From the IMG/VR virus record IMGVR_UViG_2802429221_000010: DNA of 17,400 bases; one strand, 5' to 3'. This DNA comes from a virus (lineage: Duplodnaviria; Heunggongvirae; Uroviricota; Caudoviricetes). Within the stretch, counting starts at the first letter, position 1. Every line of letters starts with the position of its first letter. The notes under the pieces are model-generated. The model did no database searches and had not been told where the DNA came from. It was given only the letters and a program-made list of their open reading frames with translations. A program made the position numbers and the translations under genes. Below, one piece after another: positions 8,338 to 15,993 of this stretch.

Positions 8338-8868
8338 ATGACTAAGCTGACCATTAACAGAAAACCAAAAGGTATTTACGGCACGCCGCAGAAAACGACG
8401 CAGGCGGCGCAGCAGCAGGATAAAACCACATCGGCGCATAAAGTGATGCCCGGTAACCAGAAAGCGCAGCAGAAGCCCACAGGGGCAACACCGTGGCGGC
8501 ATATGACCAAACGGCAGCGAAAAAACCGCAGACGCGTTAACCGCCTCACTGAGTTGTGGCCTGAATTATTCAGCCGGGAAGCACCGAAGCCGCTTAAGGT
8601 GGGGATATTCGACGACCTGATGCAGGATCTCGCCGTCAGGGGGCTGGCATTCGGGCCAGGGGCATTGCGTGCGACGCTGGCATCTTATGCGCAGTGTCCG
8701 CGCTATTACCGCGCCTTAATGGCTGGTGGGGTACGCTACGACCTGAAATGCCAGCCGTGCGGCGAGGTGACACCACAGGAACAACAGGACGCAGAAACGC
8801 GGCTGGTTGCGCTGAATGAGAAACGCAAACGTCAGCGTCGGGCAGCAAAGGAGAAAACAGGCGCATGA
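8338..8868 (+). CDS. ProQ/FinO-domain RNA-binding protein
   Basis: Segment PLKVGIFDDLMQDLAVRGL...LRATLASYAQCPRYYRALMAGGVRYDLKCQPCGEVTPQEQ aligns with E. coli ProQ N-terminal domain (PLKIGIFQDLVDRVAGEM...[39 protein letters not shown]). N-terminal half is basic and low-complexity. Start could be 8326 or 8338. Confidence 0.8.
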   Translation: MTKLTINRKPKGIYGTPQKTTQAAQQQDKTTSAHKVMPGNQKAQQKPTGATPWRHMTKRQRKNRRRVNRLTELWPELFSREAPKPLKVGIFDDLMQDLAVRGLAFGPGALRATLASYAQCPRYYRALMAGGVRYDLKCQPCGEVTPQEQQDAETRLVALNEKRKRQRRAAKEKTGA

Positions 8869-9152
8869 TTCACGACAGCAAAGCGGAAGCTCTGGAAGCG
8901 CGTGGTCTGTACCGGAGAGCGGCGGCGCGGTGGGCTGAGGTCATCATGCTGGCGAATGATGACAAGGCACGGGAACAGGCGGCAAAACGTCGCGCGGAAT
9001 GTATCCACAAGGCAGCACGCCCACCAGCAAGGCAGGATAATTTCGGGGAGATGCGCAAAACCATCAGCCGGGCACATGCCGGGATGGGATTACATCAGCC
9101 CAATGGTGAGGCATTCAGGAAATACCAAAAAAAGAACAATTGTAGTCAGTAA
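8865..9152 (+). CDS. PerC-family transcriptional regulator-like protein
   Basis: 95-aa ORF with ATGA overlap onto the upstream stop. N-terminal SKAEALEARGLYRRAAARWAEVI resembles the PerC/Pch signature as I recall it; not checked by search. Confidence 0.6.
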   Translation: MIHDSKAEALEARGLYRRAAARWAEVIMLANDDKAREQAAKRRAECIHKAARPPARQDNFGEMRKTISRAHAGMGLHQPNGEAFRKYQKKNNCSQ

Positions 9153-9286
9153 CAGAGGATGGGATTCTCTTGGTTTTTTGTTGATGCTTTCTGAGGAAAT
9201 CTACTACGTTGCTGAGCAGATGAATATTCAATTGCATCTGGGTTCCTGATAAGATTAATCTGAATATTTTCATTTGGAATAGGGAT

Positions 9287-10429
9287 ATGAATAAAACTTT
9301 AATTGCAACATTAGTCGGTATAGTAATGTTAACCGGATGTGGGCCAGAAGAGTTAACTCCAGAACAGAAACAGGAAGTAGCGGCTCTTAAAGCTGAACTG
9401 TCGCAAACGGAAGGTGAAATATCAGCAGCTAAGGAAGTTGACCAGCAGTTTTCTGGTGGGTTGATAAAAAATCTGACAACAGCAAGACTGGAAATATTAG
9501 GAACTAATAAAGCGCTTTTGGAACAGCGTATTAATGCTATTGAATCAGGCGCCAAAATTGATGTTGTTGTATCTGGAGTAAAACCTGATCCTGAGCTTGC
9601 GGCTTCAATTAAAACTGAAATTGACAGCTTAGATGCAAAAATCAACGAAGCCAAAGCTGATGCTCGTCAGTATAGTGGTGGTCTGATAAAGGTACTAAAA
9701 TTATCTACTGTTGCCACTGAAGAGCAGACTATGGCAATGTTGCAGCAAAAGTACCTCACAGCCAAGTATGGCCTCGCTGAAGTTAAGCTGGCATCAGTAC
9801 AAGATAATGACGCAAAAAACAGTACTGAAACGGAAGTAACAGCCAAAAATTCCCAAGATCAACTTCCTTTACTCCCGCCAGCGGATGGTCCGTTTGGCTT
9901 AGAAGCCGGTCTTACACAGAAAAACATCGAAGATATGATCGGTGCTAAGCTCAAGCCACTACCAGACAGTGTGAATCTGTATACTTCTGATAAATTACCG
10001 AAGCAAAACGCAGATTTTGAAATGTATGGTTTGTTGATCTCCCCGAAAGCTGGTTTATGTCAAATACGGGCTTTAGGAAAAAATATTGATACTGATAGCT
10101 ATGGATTGGCTCTTAAATCCAAGTTTGAAGAATTGAGTAATTCTTTAAGTTCTCTGTATGGAAAGGCTGATACTACAGACTTTTTGCTGGCTGGTTCAAT
10201 TTGGAAAGATCCTCAGGACTGGATGAGGGGGCTAAACAAAAAAGAACGCTTCTTATCTGCCACATGGAAAGGAACAAAAGAAATACCATTAAAAAACAAT
10301 ATTGATACTATCTCTATTGAGGCCAGAGCGAACAATTCCACTCAGGGATATGTCTATCTGCAGTACTCATTTACAAATGACGAAATTTGTCAGGCAGAAA
10401 TTGAAGGGGCGAAAAAAAGTTCCCTTTAA
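9287..10429 (+). CDS. Lipoprotein, 380 aa, with internally repeated coiled-coil-like N-terminal region; function unknown
   Basis: Signal peptide with lipobox MNKTLIATLVGIVMLTGC. Two copies of the motif (Q/R)Q(F/Y)SGGLIK(N/V)L within helical, charged segments. AGGGA Shine-Dalgarno. Lower GC than the replication module. Confidence 0.8.
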   Translation: MNKTLIATLVGIVMLTGCGPEELTPEQKQEVAALKAELSQTEGEISAAKEVDQQFSGGLIKNLTTARLEILGTNKALLEQRINAIESGAKIDVVVSGVKPDPELAASIKTEIDSLDAKINEAKADARQYSGGLIKVLKLSTVATEEQTMAMLQQKYLTAKYGLAEVKLASVQDNDAKNSTETEVTAKNSQDQLPLLPPADGPFGLEAGLTQKNIEDMIGAKLKPLPDSVNLYTSDKLPKQNADFEMYGLLISPKAGLCQIRALGKNIDTDSYGLALKSKFEELSNSLSSLYGKADTTDFLLAGSIWKDPQDWMRGLNKKERFLSATWKGTKEIPLKNNIDTISIEARANNSTQGYVYLQYSFTNDEICQAEIEGAKKSSL

Positions 10430-10442
10430 ACAATCCGTGCAA

Positions 10443-10468
10443 AGCCCCTTAGTAAGGGGCTTTTATAT
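10443..10468 (+). terminator. Rho-independent terminator
   Basis: GC stem GCCCCTT / AAGGGGC with a 3-nt loop, followed by TTTTATATAT, 14 nt after the lipoprotein stop. Confidence 0.6.
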
Positions 10469-10494
10469 ATTAATGTCCAACGGGGGGGGATTAG

Positions 10495-10818
10495 ATGAAA
10501 GATAATCTAGAAAAACTAATTGAAAATACTTTAAAAGATATTCTATTAGCTAATGCTGCTCTAACATTCATTTTTGCAATACCAATGGCTATTATCAGTA
10601 GGCATGGGATGGGCATCACAATCTGGTTTATAACTGTGCTCATTGCACCTGCTCTGTGTGCAGTAGGTGCATGGCTTGTATCTCGAACATTCGGCCATGC
10701 TGAGGAGTTTTTTCATCGTCGGTGGGCTAAGCGAATTTATGTTTTTTATACTCTTGCGGCTGCCGAGTTTTTGCTTGTGTACTCAATCGCGCAAATAATG
10801 AAAAATCTGATGAAATAA
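10495..10818 (+). CDS. Small inner-membrane protein, 107 aa, two or three predicted transmembrane helices
   Basis: GGGGGGGA Shine-Dalgarno. Hydrophobic stretches ALTFIFAIPMAIIS, ITIWFITVLIAPALCAVGAWLV and IYVFYTLAAAEFLLVYSIA. Confidence 0.7.
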   Translation: MKDNLEKLIENTLKDILLANAALTFIFAIPMAIISRHGMGITIWFITVLIAPALCAVGAWLVSRTFGHAEEFFHRRWAKRIYVFYTLAAAEFLLVYSIAQIMKNLMK

Positions 10819-11096
10819 TTAACAAGTTATTATCATGGGGTTTGTGGCTGTTAACCTGCAGTGAGGCGACAATCGTGTATTTATAAAAACTTCCCCTTTT
10901 CACTCCCCGCTGTTTCTTCTGCTATTGCCTTTATGTTTGCATGCACCAACATCTGCCATACTTTTGCAGAAAAATCAGAGCATTCAGTGCCGAAGGTTGG
11001 TTTATTGATGCTTTTCGTTTCATTTATTGCAATTGTCTCTGGTATCATTTCAATTTGTGCAATAATTGCAATTATTGTCATTCAGAAGGGATCATC

Positions 11097-11264
11097 ATGA
11101 AAAATCACGGAGTAAAGCCAGTTTTACTTTCCCGGAGGCAGATCGAAGCCCTGCAACGCATCCAGGACGAAGAGCGTCAGAAATCTGTGCTTGGTGTGGC
11201 ACCGTCGATTCATGTTATCGCTCGGCAACTGATGGATAAGGCACTTAAAGAGGTGAGACTGTGA
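11097..11264 (+). CDS. Small putative DNA-binding protein, 55 aa, RHH-like
   Basis: AAGGGA 6 nt before the ATG at 11097. Sequence VKPVLLSRRQIEALQRIQDEERQ fits a strand-helix RHH pattern. The longer track ORF starting at 10941 has an implausible Cys/Phe-rich N-terminus. Confidence 0.45.
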   Translation: MKNHGVKPVLLSRRQIEALQRIQDEERQKSVLGVAPSIHVIARQLMDKALKEVRL

Positions 11265-11331
11265 AATTAAATATCAGAGTGGATAAACCCAGCTATGGCA
11301 GAAAAAAGAGAACAGCGAGGCATTCAGGGCG

Positions 11332-11532
11332 TTGCTGGTGGAAAATCTTCAGCACCGGTTCAGTGGAGAGTTGCCTGATGCTCTAGGGAAGAAACTGGAA
11401 TCCCTGACGGTGGAAATTGGCGATTATGGCTTTGTTGATGTTGAAAGCACGACTGCCAACACAGAAATCGTAAAACAGGTCGTCAATGATGTAATGAAAA
11501 CCACGCTTAGCCAGCCATCCTGGCGCAACTGA
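11332..11532 (+). CDS. Small hypothetical protein, about 64-66 aa, non-ATG start
   Basis: Open frame with only TTG (11332) or GTG (11338) starts. Acidic, globular-looking translation. Followed by hairpin AGGGGC...GCCCCT at about 11541-11566. Confidence 0.35.
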   Translation: MLVENLQHRFSGELPDALGKKLESLTVEIGDYGFVDVESTTANTEIVKQVVNDVMKTTLSQPSWRN

Positions 11533-11632
11533 ATCAGTAAGGGGCGGTTATTGCCCCTTTCCTCCATACCCACAACGCATTCCCTTTCCGCATGAAATTA
11601 TTTTTTTATCGTATATGCATGAGGTGAGCTAC

Positions 11633-12160
11633 ATGTTGATGAGTAAAGCCGAATACGCCAAATACAAAGGCGTAAGCCGCCAGACAGTTTACGACTGGAT
11701 CGAGAAAGGCGAAGTGATCATGTCTGGCAAAAAAATTGATGTGGATGCGACAGATCAGCGGAACAGCCCACCAGCACAGGGGAAAGACACCGTTTCTGAA
11801 ATGTGGCCAGAGAGAACGCTGGAAATGACGTGGGGCGAGTTCTGGAAAGCAGTTAAGGCCAGAGACGGTAAAATCCCTGCACCAGTAACGGACGATGACA
11901 TACGGCAGCGTGTGCTGAATGCAGCCGGGGAATTAGGCTGGGAAGTGCACTTTCTTGATGATGGTGCTATCTGCCTTGAGGATGATGAAGGACAGCATTA
12001 CTTTGAACAATACAATTTGCGGGGTAATGCCTGGCTGGCAATTCATATGCTGCGTTGTGAACTATGCTATGTTGCCAGCGATTGTCCCGATGAACAGGAC
12101 ACATGGAGTGAGGCAGGACTAAACGCCCTGGCTGAATGGGAAAAATCAGGCCATCAATGA
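11633..12160 (+). CDS. HTH-domain protein, 175 aa; excisionase/terminase-small-subunit-like N-terminus
   Basis: GAGGTGAG Shine-Dalgarno before the ATG at 11633. N-terminus SKAEYAKYKGVSRQTVYDWIEKGEV is an HTH of the type seen in lambda Nu1 and excisionase-like proteins. Immediately followed by a direct-repeat array. Confidence 0.7.
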   Translation: MLMSKAEYAKYKGVSRQTVYDWIEKGEVIMSGKKIDVDATDQRNSPPAQGKDTVSEMWPERTLEMTWGEFWKAVKARDGKIPAPVTDDDIRQRVLNAAGELGWEVHFLDDGAICLEDDEGQHYFEQYNLRGNAWLAIHMLRCELCYVASDCPDEQDTWSEAGLNALAEWEKSGHQ

Positions 12161-12164
12161 CCTC

Positions 12165-12458
12165 AAAAAGTGTCAAGTTGAGCAGCTTGCCAGGTTGACA
12201 CTTTACACTCTGAACGCGAAAAAGTGTCAACCTTGCTGGAAGCCGCGCCATTACTGGCCTTGTACCATATTCACCACGTCAAAAAACCGAAAAAATCGCG
12301 AAAAGTGTCAAGTTGCCATGCTTAGAAATGCCAGGGATGGTTAAGTTTTGTTAAGGTTTTTCCCGAAAAAGTGTCAAGTGTGTCAATCTGCGATATTAAG
12401 ATTTATTAAGGCCTTAAGCCGGAAAGTGTCAACCAGCCCCCTAAGATTTCCTAAGGTG
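12165..12458. repeat. Array of AAAGTGTCAA direct/inverted repeats interleaved with TTAAGNTTT-N-TTAAGG repeats; putative protein-binding region
   Basis: AAAAGTGTCAAG at 12165-12177; inverted TTGACACTT at 12195-12203 (9-bp arms, 18-bp spacer); further copies near 12219-12231, 12300-12313, 12366-12380 (double) and 12422-12433. Second family: ggttaagttttgttaaggtt (about 12339-12358), attaagatttattaaggcc (about 12394-12412), cctaagatttcctaaggtg (about 12440-12458). Confidence 0.6.
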
Positions 12459-12464
12459 TAAATC

Positions 12465-12647
12465 ATGACCATCACCGAAGCCGATATGCTGGAGATGATC
12501 CGCAGCATTGCCGGAGTCAAACAACCAGCAAGCAAAATTAACAGGTGTTCAGCGCCTGTTTCCGTTGTGCTGCAACAGGAATGCCACCAGCGGCGGGAAA
12601 ACGAAAAGGCGTACCAATGGACGAAGCCAAACAAGTTACGGCGTTAA
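12465..12647 (+). CDS. Small hypothetical protein, 60 aa
   Basis: AAGGTG 7 nt before the ATG, directly downstream of the repeat array, followed by a hairpin. Confidence 0.4.
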   Translation: MTITEADMLEMIRSIAGVKQPASKINRCSAPVSVVLQQECHQRRENEKAYQWTKPNKLRR

Positions 12648-12655
12648 TTAGGAAT

Positions 12656-12680
12656 ACGGGCTGAGATAGCCCGCATTTTG
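12656..12680. terminator. Hairpin, possible bidirectional terminator between convergent genes
   Basis: CGGGCT-gagat-AGCCCG stem-loop followed by ATTTTG on the + strand, between the + strand ORF ending 12647 and the - strand ORF ending 12682. Confidence 0.4.
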
Positions 12681-12681
12681 C

Positions 12682-12939
12682 TCACAGCTTGTTATACATT
12701 TTTCCAGCGAAGTCATGAACCGCCTGAGGAATATCCGACGGCGTACCTAGCATTGTTGGCGCATCGGAAACAAAGAACATGATCGCTTCTTTGATTTCTT
12801 CGAAAGATGGGGTAGGGGTAATGCGCTTGAGATTTGAAACCGCCCGTCGGAACTCCGCCGTATCCATTGGATGCCTGCTAAACCACGTTGGACGAGAAGC
12901 CCAACATTTTACTGCTTCTTTCACCTTAGTGTTCATCAT
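12682..12939 (-). CDS. Hypothetical protein, 85 aa
   Basis: Minus-strand ORF with AAGGAAAA Shine-Dalgarno just upstream of ATGATG. Convergent with the + strand genes; no family recognised. Confidence 0.5.
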   Translation of the reverse strand: MMNTKVKEAVKCWASRPTWFSRHPMDTAEFRRAVSNLKRITPTPSFEEIKEAIMFFVSDAPTMLGTPSDIPQAVHDFAGKMYNKL

Positions 12940-13424
12940 TTTTCCTTTTGCTTATTACCATACAAAGCATGTGGAAAGAGAAGATTAACATGGAAAATAT
13001 GGAGTTGGTGAGCAAATGAAAGGTACTGGTAGCCTGTCGACATCTATCAGCATGATGATGTGAGGCCGTATCAGTGGCGGAAACCGAACAGGCTGCGACG
13101 GTGAGCGGAGCGTTACGGTAAGCCAACAGCCAAGCCAAACATTAAGTCTACAGGTAAGGTTGTTTTTTTGCAGGTGGCATTAATTTGTATGTTGGTTTAA
13201 GGAGCATTTTTATTGAAACCCGCCTTAATTGGTCGTTTTTGTATGTCATGTGGTTCTAAGATAACCGCTAAGTTAAGCAACAGATGTGGTTGGGGGCGAG
13301 CAGGTTAACAGTCTATCTATCAAATTTAATGTTTATTATTTGATAATTAGTGGTTTTGTATCCAGTTTTGTGAGAGATTGTTAATGCATTTAACATCTGA
13401 TGGTTTTTACTTAAGGGTTACATA

Positions 13425-14480
13425 GTGTCTACACAGAAAATTGAAGAAAAATTTACATCTGCACAAGATGCATTAGTAATTCAGCAATCCGATTTATCAT
13501 TAAAGTCACTTTCTGATATGGTTGAATTAGATGCAGTAGATATAAGTCCAAAATATCAGAGAAGGGAGCGTTGGACTGCGGAGAAAGAGTCAAGTTTGAT
13601 TGAATCATTCTTGCTAAACATCCCGGTCCCGCCAATTTATCTCGCAGAGGATAGATATGGAATCTACTCAGTAATAGATGGAAAGCAAAGAATAACGGCT
13701 ATAAATAAATTTTTAACAAATAAAATGAAACTCGTGGAATTAGAAAAATTTCCAGAGTTAGAAGGGTTCTATTTTAAAGACTTACCCCAACCTCTTTCTA
13801 ATGCATTAAGCATCCGACCATATTTAAGAGTGGTCACATTATTGCGCCAATCTGACCCAGACTTAAAGCATGAAGTCTTTCTGAGATTAAATAAAGCAGG
13901 AGTATCTTTAAATTCTCAAGAGATAAGAAATGTTGCTTTTAGAGGGGATTTAAATGATGCTCTTATTGAACTGTCGGATACTCCATTTTTAAAAGAAATG
14001 CTTAAATCAAATAAAAATACTAAAATTTACCAAGAAATGGGAGATGTTCAGTTTGTGTTGAGGTTTTTTACTGTGTTTGATTTGTGGGAAAATTTTCCAG
14101 GTAATATGGATAAAGCTATGGATCTATTTATGGCGAAAAAATCTCGCAGCTCAATTCAAGATGTTAACGAAATGAAGCGGTTATTTTTGCGCTCAATTCA
14201 TTTTTGCGAGACGGTGTGGGGTAATGATGCATACAAAAGAATTGATAACAGTCAACGCGTAATTCAAGGTATGTATGATGTCCAGATGGTTTGCCCTGCC
14301 TTTTTACAACAAAATGAATATGATCATGCCATGGAAAATGCTGCTGATGTAAGACGACTCTTAGTTGATGAACTTTCAAATAATGCGGATTTTCTTGAAT
14401 CAGTGACTCAGTTCACGTCTAACCCAAGAAATATTGCATATAGAATATCACACTTCTGTGACCTTCTGAGAAGAATTTAA
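13425..14480 (+). CDS. DUF262-domain protein (ParB/Srx-like NTP-binding domain as in GmrSD-type enzymes N-termini)
   Basis: GTG start with AAGGG 7 nt upstream. N-terminal motif ISPKYQRRERW (13548-13580) fits the DUF262 P-x-(F/Y)-Q-R...W box; DGKQRITA (13677-13700) fits the DGQQR box. AT-rich. Stop TAA 14478-14480 lies 1 nt before the next ATG. Confidence 0.85.
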   Translation: MSTQKIEEKFTSAQDALVIQQSDLSLKSLSDMVELDAVDISPKYQRRERWTAEKESSLIESFLLNIPVPPIYLAEDRYGIYSVIDGKQRITAINKFLTNKMKLVELEKFPELEGFYFKDLPQPLSNALSIRPYLRVVTLLRQSDPDLKHEVFLRLNKAGVSLNSQEIRNVAFRGDLNDALIELSDTPFLKEMLKSNKNTKIYQEMGDVQFVLRFFTVFDLWENFPGNMDKAMDLFMAKKSRSSIQDVNEMKRLFLRSIHFCETVWGNDAYKRIDNSQRVIQGMYDVQMVCPAFLQQNEYDHAMENAADVRRLLVDELSNNADFLESVTQFTSNPRNIAYRISHFCDLLRRI

Positions 14481-14481
14481 T

Positions 14482-15411
14482 ATGCCTATTCCAGCGAAGG
14501 ACAATTTGCTAAAAAGAATCCTGTCTGTAGATAATGCAACTCAACTACCAGCACTTATCGATAAAGATGTTATGCAGGAACAACACAATATCACAGCTAA
14601 TCTTCTGAGAAAAGGCTTAGGTATAGTAGCATTTAATATTCTGGAAGATTTTATAAAATCCAGAACTATAGAAATGTTTGATTTTATATCTAATGCACGT
14701 GTGAGATTCGAGCAGTTACCCGATTCTTTTAGAATTGCAGCAACAAATGGTGCATTAAGAGGATTAGTATATCAGGCTGGATTAGAAAAGAAAAATAATG
14801 GAGATTGGTTGGCACTAATACATTCTGAGGCCAAAAGTATTTTTTCAACGTCGCAATTTCCTTATACATTATCTCGAGTATCACTTCTTTCAGATGGTTC
14901 TAATGTTGGACATGATGATATACCAGAAGTAATGAAGTGTCTTGATATAACTGGTGGGTGGAAGACATTACAAAAAATATCGAACGATATTGGTGGTGGT
15001 ACATTAGATCTGAATGCTGCTTATAAAAATATGTTTTTCGATAGAAATAGATGTGCTCATGAAGCAGGTTTTAATTATCCATATACCTCTCTCGATAATT
15101 CTTTAAATGACATTGTTACTATTGCTTCTGCATTTGACATAGCGTTAACTACTCGTTGCAGGTATATAGAAAAACAACCTAATTTACCGCTTTCAGCTCA
15201 TAAAGAAAAAGATCCGTTTTCATATCGGTTTTTAATCGCTGATGGAGATGTTTTTCGAGAGAAAAAATCATTAGAACCTGGTGCGAAAACAATAAAAAAA
15301 TGGAGTAATATCTCTGATGCACAATCTAATTTAATTCCTAAGCTAAGACTCCGCGATGAGTTTTTGATTTATATAGGAAAACAGAGAAGGCTTAGTGATT
15401 GGTATTTGTGA
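14482..15411 (+). CDS. Hypothetical protein, 309 aa, with a HEPN-like R-x4-H motif; partner of the DUF262 gene
   Basis: Tightly coupled to the DUF262 gene (TAAtATG). Contains FDRNRCAHEAG (R-x4-H at 15043-15060), compatible with a HEPN RNase active site. No DUF1524/HNH-like (D/E)H-x-x-P motif seen. AT-rich. Confidence 0.75.
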   Translation: MPIPAKDNLLKRILSVDNATQLPALIDKDVMQEQHNITANLLRKGLGIVAFNILEDFIKSRTIEMFDFISNARVRFEQLPDSFRIAATNGALRGLVYQAGLEKKNNGDWLALIHSEAKSIFSTSQFPYTLSRVSLLSDGSNVGHDDIPEVMKCLDITGGWKTLQKISNDIGGGTLDLNAAYKNMFFDRNRCAHEAGFNYPYTSLDNSLNDIVTIASAFDIALTTRCRYIEKQPNLPLSAHKEKDPFSYRFLIADGDVFREKKSLEPGAKTIKKWSNISDAQSNLIPKLRLRDEFLIYIGKQRRLSDWYL

Positions 15412-15844
15412 TATTTTTTATATAGGGTTTTATATTTTTGTAAAATCCTATAATCCATAAAATGAATATTATATTTAATAATGTCTTGATTAGGCTAACG
15501 GCATAATTATGATAGGTGATTTTGTTATAATAAATTTTTTGAACAAAAATAGTTGTTTACCCCAACTCCTCAAACACCAAAATAATTTACTGCAGATCAC
15601 TGTACGTTGCCTTCATATCATTTTGGGCCACATTCTTGATATTCGTCAGATTAGGTATACTGGTAAGACTATTTGTTGATGGCGGCGAGTCACAACCGTT
15701 CCCTAGGTCTACCACTCAACTACAGAGGCTACTACGGTAGCCACTACGATTAACTACGCGATCCCGATATGGTGATTCCTATATCGGGTTATCTGTGCTC
15801 ATCCATCAGCTTGATCACGGATAACAGGGGATGTGTAATTCCCA

Positions 15845-15872
15845 AGCGAGTGATAAATGTGTATAGAAATGT
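15845..15872. repeat. Tandem direct repeat (AATGTGTATAGAA x2) in AT-rich intergenic region
   Basis: aaatgtgtatagaaatgtgtatagaatt read directly, upstream of the - strand HilA-like gene; a possible regulator binding site. Confidence 0.35.
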
Positions 15873-15993
15873 GTATAGAATTTATTTTAGAACTCGCGAA
15901 TGTGCCTTTATTACTGGTTTTGGGAGGTGTTGTGTTGTTCCCTTCGCCGCTCCAGTTTTTTTACGCCCTCATATATTATTTCTTTATAACGCA

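Noticed and set aside
9115-9654. 179-aa minus-strand ORF overlapping the lipoprotein gene start
   Set aside because: The + strand lipoprotein has a clear signal peptide, lipobox and Shine-Dalgarno; the minus ORF is Ser-rich and low-complexity.
10861-11264. Longer track ORFs 10861-11100 (79 aa) and 10941-11264 (107 aa) as full proteins
   Set aside because: Their N-terminal portions are Cys/Phe/Asn-rich and lack ribosome-binding sites. Only the Shine-Dalgarno-supported 11097-11264 ORF was kept; a short hydrophobic peptide is noted in a finding.
15681-15689. GGCGGCGA, resembling part of the lambda cosN cohesive end (GGGCGGCGACCT)
   Set aside because: Only an 8-mer match; an 8-mer is expected by chance about once in a window of this size, and no flanking cos-like symmetry is seen. 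Not called as a cos site.
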